The notes under the pieces were generated by a model. That model was given only the letters and a program-made list of their open reading frames with translations, did no database searches and was not told where the DNA came from. From Squalus acanthias (taxonomy: Eukaryota): a stretch of DNA of 64,000 nt. Below are positions 1-12,417 of the stretch, piece by piece (the first letter of the stretch is position 1; each line of letters begins with the position of its first letter). The position numbers and the translations under genes were made by a program. Location of the stretch: assembly GCA_030390025.1 (NCBI GenBank), contig CM059425.1:166162001-166226000 (forward strand), written 5' to 3'.

Positions 1-959
1 CCAGGGAACAGTTGTTTTGCAGTCTCAAATTGACAAGACTATGAATTGAGTGCTTACTCCAACCAATGCACAAACAATCCTGTCTGCTTGTGAACAATAA
101 AGTAGCCCCCAATACATTATCCCTACCTTTGGATAACTACTGTGAATATCAATTAATTCCTCTGCCGCTATCTTATTGTGCCTCATCCCAAGTGCACTTA
201 TAAATGAAAATACGGCTGTACTTAGGACTCAGTCACTGGAAGCTCTGGTGTAAATTACACTGGTATTGTCATGCACTGCATGGTGGTCTGCAGTTCAATT
301 AAGCAATCATGCATCACTGCACAGATGAGGTCGTGGATACCTTCATAGTTGCTGCCAGAATTTTCAGGGCACTTGGCACATGCTGAATGATTGCATGAAA
401 AATTGTTGCTCAAATATCGAACTTCTTTTGTAGTAGGCCCCACGAGATTCAAATCCCTAGTTTAGCAACTGAGGGAGGACTTGAACTAGCCCTCTACTAA
501 TGAACCTCTCCTCTCCCAGAGTGGACAGACTGCCACTGGTGCTTGCCACTGTTGCAGTGAGTGACACAGGGTGCTGCAAGATTATGGGGACATGGTTGAT
601 ATTGCACACTGAGTTTTCCTCCTCATGGGACATATATAATAAACAGAAGAAAAAAATATGTTGGAATTCTAGCAGAAAAACACCCCTTCAAACAGAGCTT
701 ACATGGCAAGATATTATGCGTTATGTTGCTGTTGTACAGTATAGGTTTGCGAGTCAGTGAGTGAATAAGTGAATTACTTGGGGAGAAAGAATAAGCTATG
801 GATCGTATTAGCTTTAAGCTTGCAAAGATCTCTGCACCCCATTTAGCCCCTCCCTCTCTGCTGGCCCCAGAATTTTGATTGAATGGCTGATAGTTGGGAG
901 GGCCACCTCTGGCCCCCTCTTGTTCCTGTCTGTTATGTGTTGCTGTTTCTTCTTTTTTT

Positions 960-3460
960 TAAAATTCTTTTATGGGATGTGGGTGTCACTGGCAAGGCCA
1001 GCATTTATTGCTCATCCCTAATTGCCCTTGAGAAGGTGGTGGTGAGCCACCTTCTTGAACCGCTGCAGTCCGTGTGGTGAAGGTACTCCCACAGTGCTGT
1101 TAGGTAGAGAGTTCCAGGATTTTGACACAGCGACGATGAAGGATCGGCGATATACTTCTAAGTCAGGATGGTGTGTGACATGGAGGGGAACTTGGAGGTG
1201 ATGGTGTTCCCATGCGTCTGCTGCCCTTGTCATTCTAGGTGGAAGAAGTTGCAGGTTTGGGAGGTGCTGCTGAAGAAGCCTTGGTGAGTTGCTGCAGTGC
1301 ATCTTGTAGATGGTACACACTGCAGCCACGGTACACCGGTGGTGGAGGGAGTGAATGTTTTTTATCGTGATAGATGGGGTGCCAATCAAGTGGGCTGCTT
1401 TGTCCTGGATGGTGTCGAGCTTCTTGAGTGTTGTTGGAGCTGCACTCATCCAGGCAAGTGGAGAGTATTCCATCACACTCCTTACTTGTGCCTTGTAGAT
1501 GGTAGAAAGGCTTTTGGGAGTCAGGAGGTGAGACACTCGCCGCAGAATACCCAGCCTCTGACCTGCTCTTGTTGCCACAGTATTTATGTGGCTGGTCCAG
1601 TTAAGTTTCTGGTCAATGGTGACCCCCAGGATGTTGATGGTGGGGGATTCAGCAATGGTAATGCCATTAAATGTCAAGGGGCGGTGGTTAGACTCTCACT
1701 TATTGGAGATAGTCATCGCCTGGCACTTCTGTGGTGCGAATGTTACCTGCCACTTATCAGCCCAAGCCTGAACGTCGTCCAGGTCTTGTTGTATGCGGGC
1801 ATGGACTGCTTCATTATCTGAGGAGTTGTGAATGGCTGCTGAACACTATGCAGTCATCAGCGAACATCCCCATTTCTGCCCTTATGTGGGAGGGAAGGTT
1901 GGGCTGAAGATGGTTAGGGCCTAGGACACTGCCCTGAGGAACTCCTGCAGCGATGTCCTGGGGCTGTGATGATTGACCTTCAATCACCACAACCATCTTC
2001 CTTTGTGCTAGGTATGACTCCAGCCAGTGGAGAGTTTTCCCCCCGATCCCACTGACTTCAGTTTTACTAGGGTTCCTTGATGCCACACTCGGTCAAATGC
2101 TGCCTTGATGTCAAGGGCAGTCACTCTCGCTTCTCCTCTGGAATTCAGCTCCTTTGTCCATGTTTGGACCAAGGCTGTAATGAGGTCGGGAGCTGAGTGG
2201 TCTTGGCGGAACCCAAACTGGGCATCAGTGAGCAGGTTATTGGTGAGTAAGTGCCGCTTGATAGCACTGTCGATGACACCTTCCATCACTTTGCTGATGA
2301 TTGAGAGTAGACTGATGGGGCGGTAATTGACCAGATTGGATTTGTCCTGCTTTTTGTGGGCAGGACATACCTGGGCAGTTTTCCACATTGTCGGATAGAT
2401 GCCAGTGTTGTAGCTGTACTGGAACAGCTTGGCTAGAGGCTCGGCTAGTTCTGGTGCACAAGTCTTCAGCACGATAGCCGGGATGTTGTCGGGGCCCATA
2501 GCCTTTGCTGTATCCAGTGCGCTCAGCCGTTTCTTGATATCACGTGCAGTGAATTGAATTGGCTGAAGACTGGCTTCTGTGATGGTGGGGACCTCAGGAG
2601 TAGGGCGATATGGATCATCCACTCTGCACTTCTGGCTGAAGATGGTTGCAAACGCTTCAGCCTTGTCTTTTGCACTGACATGCTGGGCTCCACCATCATT
2701 GAGGATGGGGATATTCTTGGAGCCTCTTCCTCCTGTTAGTTGTTTAATGTTCCACCACCATTCACGACTGGATGTGGCAGGACTGCAGAGCTTTGATCTG
2801 ATCCGTTGATTGTGGGATCGCTTAGCCCTGTCTATAGCATGCTGCTTCCGCTGTTTTCATGCATGTAGTCCTGGGTTGTAGCTTCCCCAGCTTGGCACCT
2901 CATTTTTAGGTACGCCTGGTGCTGCTCCTGGCATGCTCTTCTACACTCCTTATTGAACCAGGGTTGGTCCCCTGGCTTGATGGTAATGGTAGAGTGAAGG
3001 ATATGCTGGCCCATGAGGTTACAGATTGTGGTGGAATACAATTCTGCTGCTGCTGATGGCCCATAGCATCTCATGGATGCCCAGTTTTGAGCTGCTATAT
3101 CTGTTCTGAATCTATCCCATTTAGCACGGTGGTAGTGCCACACAACATGATGGAGGGTGTCCTCAGTGTGAAGATTGTGCGGTGGTCACTGCTACCAATA
3201 CTGTTATGGACAGATGCATCTGTGACAGATAGATTGGTGAGGACGAGGTCAAGTAGGTTTTTCCCTCGTGTTGATTCTCTGACCACCTGTCGCAGGCCCA
3301 GACTGGCAGTTATGTCCTTGAGGACTCAGCTAGCTCGGTCAGCAGTGGTGCTACTGAGCCACTCTTGGTGATGGACATTGAAGTCCCCCACCCAGAGTAC
3401 ATTCTGTGCCCTTGCTACACTCAGTGCTTCTTCCAAGTGGTGGTCAACATGGCGGAGTAC
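960..3460 (-). mobile_element. 5'-truncated, frameshifted non-LTR retrotransposon (CR1 group, non-L3 lineage): APE C-terminus + RT + 3' UTR
   Basis: ORF pieces TRGKNLLDLVLTN (APE end), KAMGPDNIP, NYRPISLLSIISKVME, QFGFR, ALDIKAAFDRVWH, GVPQGSVLGP, MFADD; ends HHHLLKGN followed by 3' UTR and A-rich tail. Confidence 0.92.
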
Positions 3461-4475
3461 TATAAGCAGCTACAATATACAGTTGTTGCAATTTGGAAGA
3501 ACGAAGCACCTTATAGCACCTTTTGTGAATCTATGAATTGGTAGTCCAATCTTACAAAATTTATGTGCAATATTGGAAAAGTATTTCAAATCTAGCAACA
3601 AATGTGAAAGAACTGAAAAATTGGAGTGCTTTCCAACTTGCCTCAGTAAAGCTGAGGTAGATTTGAGAGAAATTCTTTGTGACATACATCCTATGGCCAT
3701 ATAATTAGAATAAGTGAATTTTGGGTACTTTTTACATTGGCAATCTTCCTGCGCCATGAAAACTTTTATCATATTTGTCCCACAATCTATGGATATGAGA
3801 AACAATGTTCATTTACTTGCCCACCTCCACCCAGGCATTTCAAATACTGCTCCTGATAGGAAGGTGGCTTCAGGTTCAAAAAGGGCACTCTTGAGGGTAT
3901 CTTGAGGGCAGCATCCTCAAATGGGGCACTCTTGCTCAAATGTCTTCTGCCTTCTAAATATTCTGTTCCTTAAATCTTGTTATTTAGGTCTTTGGGGGAG
4001 AAATTTGTGTGTTTAACGCTACACGTTAGCGACACGAGATGGCGCTAAAACACCGGTCGGCACTCTACCGCCAGCTGATGGCGGTTCCAGCGGCGCACGC
4101 CATTTCCATGTTGCCGGTGGCGCTGCCTCTAAACTCGATCGCCGGGGACATCGCAATCACAGAGATCATGACGTCAGTGAGTGTGCAATGTTCACTTGAC
4201 GCCTGATCTCTTTCGTTTTGGCCATTGCAGTTACCGGCTGGAGAAAGCAGCGACGGGTAGCGGTGGCGTTCAGCAGCAGGAAGCCGGCTCCAGCGACGAT
4301 ATTAAAGGGATCATCACAGGGTTTTGCAGTTTGAATGGCTGTGTGCTACTTCCTGCAACTGCAAGAGTTTTCTTTATTTATTTCAAGGTTAGTTGTTGTC
4401 AGGATGTGTTCTGGCAAGTACAAAATGCCCTAATTATTTTTGACATGCTTCAAACTACAACACTTGCTAAAAGTC

Positions 4476-5662
4476 ATGGGTGCTGTACTGGCAGTCGACC
4501 TCTCCCTCCAGGATCTACGGTGGAGGGAGCGGAGGCAGCGAGAAAGACGGGAACATGTGCACAGATGGAGGAGGAGGGCCATCAGGGCATTCAACAGGAG
4601 GCCTTACCCTCCTAGGGTCTTCTGACAGCACTTCTATCTTCAATTAAATGAGGAGGAATGTATTAGGAGGCTCTGCTTCACCAAGTAGGTGGTCACAGAA
4701 CTCTGCCACCTCCTGCAACCAGACCTCCAGCCTCAGACCAGGACGACCACAGCTCTCCCAGTGGCAGTCAAGGTCACCGTGGCCCTCAATTTCTTTTCCA
4801 GTGGATCCTTCCAGTCTGCAGCAGGAAACATATCTAACATCTCACAGTTCGCCGTCCATTGCTGCATCTGGAAGATCACAGATCTACACCAGGAGAAGGG
4901 ACTATATTGGCTTCCCAATCACCAGAGAGAAGCAGGACAAGCGTGCATGTGGCTTTGCCAGTAGAGCGGGCTTCCCCATGGCGCAGGGCGTCATCGACTG
5001 CACCCATGTGGTTTTGTAGGCACCGCATAACAATCCTGAGATCTTTTGTAACCCCAAAGGCTGCCACTCACTTAATGTGCAGTTGGTATGCAGTTGGTAT
5101 GCGACCACACAGAGCGAAAGCTCAATGTCAATGCCCACTATCCTAGCAGCAGCCACAATGCCTTCATCCTGCGCCAGACCGGTGTGCCAGCACTCTTCCA
5201 GCCACCACGTCAAGCTCAAGGGTGGCTGCTCAGAGACAAGGGTTATCCGCTCTCCACCTGGCTCATGCCTCCCCTCTGCAACCCCAACACTCATGCCCAA
5301 TATGATGAGAGCCATGCTGCCACCAGGAACATCGTCGAACAGACCATCGGCCTACTGAAGCAACTGTTCTGCTGCCTTGACTGCTCAGGAGGAGCCCTCC
5401 AGTACTCGCCGGAGCGGGTGTCCCATTTTGTGGTGGTCTGCTGCATGCTCCACAACTTGGCCATCATGAGGGTGCAGCCCTTGCCAGCAGGGATTGCGGG
5501 ACCACCTCAGGAGGAGAACAAGGGAGACGAGACGAGGAGGAAGAGAATGAGGAGGAGGAGGACAAGGAGGAAGAGGAACAGGAGGGAGGGAGGAGGCAGA
5601 TAGACAATCAGGCTTCCAGACGGGCTGTCCGTGACCGGCTCATCAGACTCCGATTCGAATGA
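4476..5662 (+). pseudogene. Harbinger DDE transposase (HARBI1-like), with stops and frameshifts
   Basis: [65 protein letters not shown], acidic tail. Confidence 0.92.
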
Positions 5663-5843
5663 ATGAAACCCCAGATCCCTGTTGCTCACCACAATCCCAT
5701 CATTCCATCGCTGTCTTACACCATATCACAGCATCCTCCTGGGTGCAAAGCTGAAATGAGAGACACCACAAAAGATTCCAAACACAATTAATAAATTTAT
5801 CTATAATCATATCACACATATTTACATTAATACTAGTAACTAA

Positions 5844-7823
5844 TCACCTTGTGTAATCCCTTAGTGCCTGTCTTTCGGTGCCCTTTCCTGATCTAGTGCT
5901 CCTACATAGTGCTCCCCCAATGGCTGCAGCACGGCTGGTGGATGGCTGCTGAGTTTCCATGGGGGAGTCTTCAGATGGCCTTGCAGGACGATCTCGACCA
6001 GCTGTGGACCTAGAAGGCCTGGCTGTAGACTGCACCACCTCCGTATGTGTGGCAGCAGTCTGTGCTGGCTGGGTGACCGGCAGCTGCAAGGGCAATGGAG
6101 GAGTGGCATTGGTGGGAGTAGGAATGCTGTCACCCTGACAGAGTCATCATGAGAGCGCAAGCAGGGATTGCGGGACCACCTCAGGAGGAGGACGAGGGAG
6201 AGGAGGACGAGGAGGACAAGGAAGAAGAGGAATAGGACCAACTGCCACTCCCCCAGGCGGGGCCTCAGCATTCCTAGCAATCTGTTGGAGCACAGATTGC
6301 TGGCCTGCTGTGAAACCGTGAAAGCCCCAGCTGACGGTAGTAAACCCAGTCATGATGGCAGCAGTCAGAGCTTGGGTGGCTTCAAGCTGAGATTGCATCG
6401 GAGCAGTCAGAGCTTGAATGCCACCAAGCAGAGACTGCAGGAGAGCAGTCTGAGCTTCCGCTGCAGCACTAAGACGTTGGGTCGCTTTCGCTTGTGCTGC
6501 GATATCGCCCAGCATGCGTGCCATCACGTCTGGGTCGCCACGGTCTCTCTAGGAGTATACCATAATTTCCAGACTGGAAATCCTGGGCTCCGTGGTCTGC
6601 ACAGAGCCCCGTGCATTGTTGGAGGCGGACGCCTCCACGCTCCTTACCATTGCCGAGAGGCTCTCAGGCACCTTTGCCATTGACCTATCATTTCCGTGTG
6701 CATGCCCATCACCCTTCTTCTGAAGGCCTCCCCATCGAAATCCTCATCTGAGTCCTGTGCAGCAGAACTCGCGTGCGAACTCGCCCTCCGGGGAGTTGGC
6801 CCCCGAGCTGCCCTTTCCCCCTGGTCTTGCTGCAGACCACTCATGCCCGGTGCCTCACCCTGTGTAGATCCCGCTACTACACTAGCCTCTAAAGAATGTG
6901 TAGTGCCAGTATCTGAGCTGGTGTCTGCGAGTGAGAGATGCAGTGTCGCGGTGTCTTCTCCCTCCTCCTCTTCTCCCCCCTCGCTCTCTGCGGTTCCCTT
7001 GGGGACAGGCTGCTCGGGTGCTTGCTGATTATCTGAAAGCAGAAAGGCACAAGAGTCGGGTTATGGTGAGGGGAGGGGGGGCGGGGAAGCCAGAAATGCA
7101 TGCATACAGCATGAGTAGCTTGAAAGTGAGAAGAGATTGTGGGTTGAGGGGGAAATGGAATGTGAGAAGAAGGATTAGGAATGAACATACCATTGTTGTA
7201 CCCAAGGGGGTCAACGTCGCCGGTGGCCATGGTGCTGATGACCTGTCGCCCAATGATCTCCAGCACTCGACTCTCCAGCTGGCTCAGCTCTTCAATGTCA
7301 GCCTGGCCCTCACCTGCCCGCTCCTGCTCCCGGCGATTCTGAGGTACTTTAGCCTGCAGGAGCAAGGGAACTGTGGCAGTGAGTGTGGTGCAATGTGTTT
7401 GGGTGATGTGCCTGTCATAGTTGAGTAGTTGTCATTGTGTGCAAGGTGTGAGATGTGGGTATGAGTGTTGATAGGTAGAGATTGTTGGTGGGTGAGTGCT
7501 GGGGGTGTGGTGCATTGAGCAGTGTGTGAAGCTTGTGGTACAGATGGTGGTATGTGGCATTTGCTGAAGCCTTCACTCACCCTGACCACCTGTGTGAGGT
7601 CGTTAAACTTCTTCCTGCACTGGATGTGGGTCCTGGGGACCACAGTGCTGCCTGTGATGTGGTCCGCTATCTCTCTCCACATAGTGCGGCAGACTTGTGG
7701 CGAGGGCCTCCTGCCAGTTGGTGGGTACAGGACCGCCCGCCTCCTCTCCTCCGCGAGCACCAATGCCTGAAGAGCTTCAATGGAGAACCTATGGGCTCTC
7801 TCCCTCCATCTCCGGTCTGCCAT
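5844..7823 (-). pseudogene. Harbinger Myb/SANT-like DNA-binding protein gene, 3 exons (7823-7581, 7353-7191, 7032-about 5844)
   Basis: RFSIEALQALV...WREIA...RTHIQCRKKFNDL trihelix; GT-AG introns (gtgagt/ctgcag, gtatgt/tttcag) join exons in frame; exon 3 disrupted. Confidence 0.85.
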
Positions 7824-8684
7824 GGTTACTACGGATGTCTTCTGACTTTTGTTGATTTGCTGTTGGAGCAGCTGCAGACCCAATAAGTCTGACAATGAGG
7901 TGCTGCAGCATCAATGAAGCTCCCCTTTAAGTAGTGGAAAAAGCCTGTGGTAATCATGACTTGCAATTAGACTGCCCCCCGATATTGGTCCAGCTTTTCA
8001 GTGTAACGTCAATGAGCTTGAGTTTTTAGACTAGAATCATGACTACAACCATTTTAATGAGGAGTTAACATGAATTTTGCGTGAATCCTAGATGACTTTC
8101 AGGTGGCGTAGCATAACCTTTTTTAGTCTAAACACTGCCCATTTCTTGGCTATAACAAATTTCTATCCCTTTGTTTTTGAATTCTTTTAAATGTGAGCAG
8201 CAACCTTTTAAGACCTGCTAGATTGCCAGATATCCCACCCATACATGAATTGCACTCCCTTTGCATGGGCTAATGTGGACAGAGAAAGTATGTCAATTAT
8301 TATAATAAGATGACCGTGCAAAGTTAGCTGAGTTGGCAAATATGCAGACTGTGTGTCGCAATCCAGTCCTGCCAGAATTATGCCAGGGCCAGACAATTGG
8401 CTCTATCGAGTCAAGCAAGATGGAACTACTGCAATTCTTCAAAATCATTTGCTTCGCTCATATCCAGTGATAATAAATTGCATCTAAGCCGTACATTTAA
8501 TGCACCAGTTCAAGTGTGATATTACCCTCCTTTTAACTTTTAAGGAAATAGTAGACCTTAATATCAGCAGGGAAGGCTACTTTATACTTATGTTTACTTT
8601 TTCACTAAAATTAGTGAAAGGAGGAAATATACTTCTGTAGAATTAAAGTTCATGTTCTAAACTGACTATAAACAGATAAACAGT

Positions 8685-8780
8685 GTCAGCTGTGGCTCAG
8701 TGGTAGCACTCTCACCTCTGAGTCAGAAAGTTGTAGGTTCAAGTCCCACTCATAATCTAAGATGACACTTCAGTGCTGTA
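8685..8780 (+). mobile_element. 5' tRNA-derived head of a Deu-domain SINE (SacSINE1/AmnSINE1-like); continues at 13419
   Basis: A box tggctcagtgg, B box ggttcaagtcc; sequence resumes after a nested insertion, with tgta duplicated. Confidence 0.75.
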
Positions 8781-8852
8781 TGATGAGAAACTTTCAAATG
8801 TTGGTGTTGAGAGAGATTTGGGTGTCCTCATGCAAGAAACACAGAAAGCTAG

Positions 8853-9070
8853 TGACGTAAGAAAACTACCAGGCACTTGGTCTAAGCGTTAAACAAAGCT
8901 TTAATCAACTGTTTTCCAACATGGAGATCTAGTTGTGTCCTTCACTAGTTCCTGTTGAGGAATGTCCTAAGCAAGCTGGGCCCATGCCCGAGTATTTATA
9001 CTCTCCCTGGACAGCGCCACCAGCAGGCCGCCCAGTATTACTTCATACATGAGTGACAAGATTCATGTCA
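8853..9070 (-). repeat. 3' LTR (218 bp) of the Gypsy element
   Basis: Minus strand TGACATG...TACGTCA termini, preceded by purine tract ggcgggaagaa; internal TATAAATA and ATTAAA. Confidence 0.8.
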
Positions 9071-12000
9071 TTCTTCCCGCCTGAAAGATTGGAAGTCCGG
9101 CGGCTTCCTTCTACCGAATTAGCCAGACTAAGAATAGACGCAGTCATTTGGATTTCCGTTGGAGGACGGAAGGCACGTCTCCTCGGACCGTGTTTTGGTC
9201 CCTGGGTCACTTGGTTCGTACCGGCGGGCTGGCAGAGTCCGTGTCGCCTTGATCAACCTGAGGGGGACTGGGGAGATGGTGGCTCCGGGTGCGGGTCCCC
9301 ACCGGCGCAGAGCTGGCTTCATCCTGCTCAGTAGCCGGTGATTGATCGGCGTCCTGGCTTCGGGTGGCCTTCCTGCGGGGAGCGCTCTGTTCCCCGGGCT
9401 GATCCAGTGGAGTAGCTGGCAGATCCCTTGATGTCCCAGGGTAGGGCATCATCCTCAGAGGAGCGCAGGGTATCGGCGTCGTTAATACGGATCTCTCTCT
9501 CGATTGCGTCCGTGGGACCGGTTGGGCAGGGAGCCAGATCCCGAAGTGAAACTGTGGACTCCCGGCCATCAGGGTACCGCACATACGCGTATGTAGGATT
9601 GACATCTGTTAGTTCCACCTCGTCGACGAGGGGATCACTCTAGGAGGTTCGGATGAATCTTCGGAGCAGCACGGAGCCAGGAGCTGCCAACCATGATGGT
9701 AGGGACGTCCCATGAGTGGAGCGACGCTGGAACCCGAAGAATCGTTCATGAGGAGTAACATTGGTGGATGTAGAAAGAAGAGACCTGATGGAATGCAACG
9801 CGTCAGGGAGCATAGTTTCCCACTGCTGGTCTGGTAGATTATGTGACCTCAGTGCAAGACGAACAGCGTTCCAAATGATAAAGTTGTATCTCTCAACCTG
9901 TGCGTTTCCAATAGGATGATACGGTGTCGTTTTACTTGTGGTGATTCCCCGTTGGGAAAGATAACTTTTGAGTTCGCTTGACATGAAGGAGGGACCCCGA
10001 TCAGAGTGGATGAAATTGGCCGTACCGCAAAGGGAAAAGACCTGATCGAGGCATTTGATCACTGTGGAAGTAAACATATTGGGACAGGGGAAAGCAAAGG
10101 GAAAGTGTGAATATTCGTCCACCATAGTAAGCAAGTAGGTGTTTCGCGTTGAGGAAGGCAATGGCTCTTTAAAGTCAATGCTGAGTCGCTGCATAGGCTG
10201 TATAGCGTGTATGAGCGAGCCATCCGACGGACGGAAGAATTGCGGTTTTAATTCCGCGCAAATTCTACAAGTGGAGCATGTTCTTTTCACGTCTTCCGTA
10301 GAAAATGGGAGATTTTTAGATCGTACAAAGTGCAACATACGGGTAACGCCAGGATGGCACAAGTCAGTATGAAGATCCGCAAGAGTCGAAGTTGACATGG
10401 AAGAGCAGAATGCACACGTGAGGGTATCCGGGGCCACATTCTCCTTGCCGGGTCGATACTGTATGGTGTAGCCAAAGGTGGCCAATTCCATCCTCCAGAG
10501 CTGTATTTTGTTATTCTTGATTTTAGTGCGTTTCCGGTTATCCAGCATAAAGGCCACCGAGCGCTGATCGGTTATGAGCGTGAAATGGCGACGAGCGATA
10601 AAATGACTCCATTTACGTACTGCTTCGATGATAGCCGTAGCCTCCTTCTCGACAGGAGGATAATGGAGCTCGCTACCCTGCAAAGTTCTAGACAGAAATG
10701 CAACGGGTCGACCGCCTTGATTCAAGGTAGCCGAGATCGCCACCTCCGATGCATCGCACTCGACCACGAAAGGGAGATTTTCATCGATGGAATGAAGCGT
10801 GGCTTTTTCCAGTTGTCGCTTGAGGAGGTCGAAAGCTGAAATAGCCCTCGCCTCCTACGGAAATGACTTCGCGTGAAGCAGGGGCTGGATCTTGTCGGAA
10901 AAGTGGGGTATCCACTTCGCATAATAGGCGAACATGCCGAGGGCCTGGCGAAGAGAGCTGAGATTCGTAGGAGGAGGGAGCTCCTGAAGCGGATGAAGTC
11001 ACTCCGGATCCGGTTTGATGACACCATTGCCCACCCAGTAGCCAAGGATGTTGACTGATGGTACTGATTTCACAGATTTGGACTCATTTAAGGTTAAGTT
11101 GCGACGATGGAGAACGTCAAGAAATTTCTGGAGGTTGGCATCATGCTCCTTCTGGTCATGACCAGCAATGGTGATATTATCCAGATATGGAAAAGTGTTC
11201 GTTAAGTTCTCCTGTTTGACTAGGCTATCCATTGCCCGTTGAAAGATGGCCACCCCATTGGTGACCCGAATGGAAGGCGACAAAACTGGTAAAGCCGACC
11301 ATTGGCCTCAAAAGCTGTATACTTTTTGTCAGAGTCCTTTAATGGTACTTGATGGTATGCGCTCTTTAAGTCAAAAGTTGAAAATACCTTGTAGTTGGCA
11401 AGGTTATTGACCATGTCATCGATGCGTGGTAGTGGGTAGGCATCCAGGTCGGTATACTGGTTAATAGTTTGCGAGTAATCGATGCAAAGACGTTTCTTGT
11501 GTTGCTTCAGAGGATTTTTAACAACGACGACTTGAGCCCGCCAGGAAGATGAACATGGCTCAATGATACCATCAGCTAGAAGGCGAGAGATCTCTGCCTC
11601 GATAAAGGATAGGTCATCTTGGCTGAAACGTCGTGATTTAGTGGCTGTGGGCTTACATCGGCGGGGAAAGATTGGCAAACAAGGAGGGCTCGTCGAGCGA
11701 AGCCGCCGAAAGCGCACAAAACGGTACTTTGGAAATAGTAAGCTCCGGCTTTGACCCTCCAAACTCGAAAGTGAGTCGTTCGTGTTGTTTCTGGAAATCC
11801 TGTCCCAGGAGCACATCACTGCATAGGTTTTTGAGCACCCCGAGCCGGGTAGAGAAATAAGTGCAGCCATTGAGAATAAGGTCGACAAGACAAAAGCCGG
11901 AAGAGTTAGTGGTCAGTGTCGTCAGACCCATTGCAATTTCCCTGTCCAAGGGGTAAATACGCAGTTTTAACTTACTGACAGCCTGCTCACTGATGAAGCT

Positions 12001-12095
12001 GTCAGAGCTACATGAGTCGATTAATGCACTTAAAATGTGTCCATTTACCGAAACCTTCGTGGCTGCATGGGACAGGCTTTGGGGGAAAACAGCTG
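8853..12095 (-). mobile_element. Ty3/Gypsy LTR retrotransposon; pol (PR-RT-RNaseH-IN) with frameshifts; gag and 5' LTR missing
   Basis: Protease ALIDSCSS, RT LCIDY/FDLKSAYHQV/FPYLDN, RNase H VECDAS...EKEA, integrase H...HPG...C..C, SIDF, HSDRG, VERYN. Confidence 0.93.
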
Positions 12096-12417
12096 TGATG
12101 GGAGGAGGGGCTGTCCTTTGATGAGAGATTGTGTAGAATGGGCCTATACTCTCTGGAGTTTAGAAGAATGAGAGGTGATCTCATTGAAACATACAAGATT
12201 CTGAGGGGTATTGACAGGGTAGATGCTGAGTGGTTGTTTCACCTGGCTGGAGTGTCTAGATCTAGGGGGCATAGTCTCAGGATAAGGGGTAGGCCATTTA
12301 AGACTGAGATGAGGAGGAATCTCTTCACTCAGAGGGTTGTGAATCTTTGGAATTCTCTGCCCCAGAGGGCTGTGAATGCTGAGTCTTTGAGTATATTCAA
12401 GGCTGAGATAGATTTTG

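Larger units (their letters stand above)
3994..8169. mobile_element. Full-length PIF/Harbinger DNA transposon (decayed), convergent transposase and Myb-like genes
   Basis: TIRs gggggagaaatttg / caaatttctatccc (12/14 match); TTT on both flanks (3991-3993, 8170-8172); both Harbinger ORFs inside. Confidence 0.9.

Noticed and set aside
230..600. Conserved host exon shared with about 41580-41950
   Set aside because: More likely very old Harbinger Myb-gene coiled-coil remnants; both contain stops.
3470..3805. 111-aa ORF, and similar open stretches at 17627-17986, about 24350-24530 and 37000-37160
   Set aside because: No recognisable motifs or convincing paired splice sites.
8690..8750. tRNA gene
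   Set aside because: A/B boxes belong to a SINE head; the same applies to 56600-56672.
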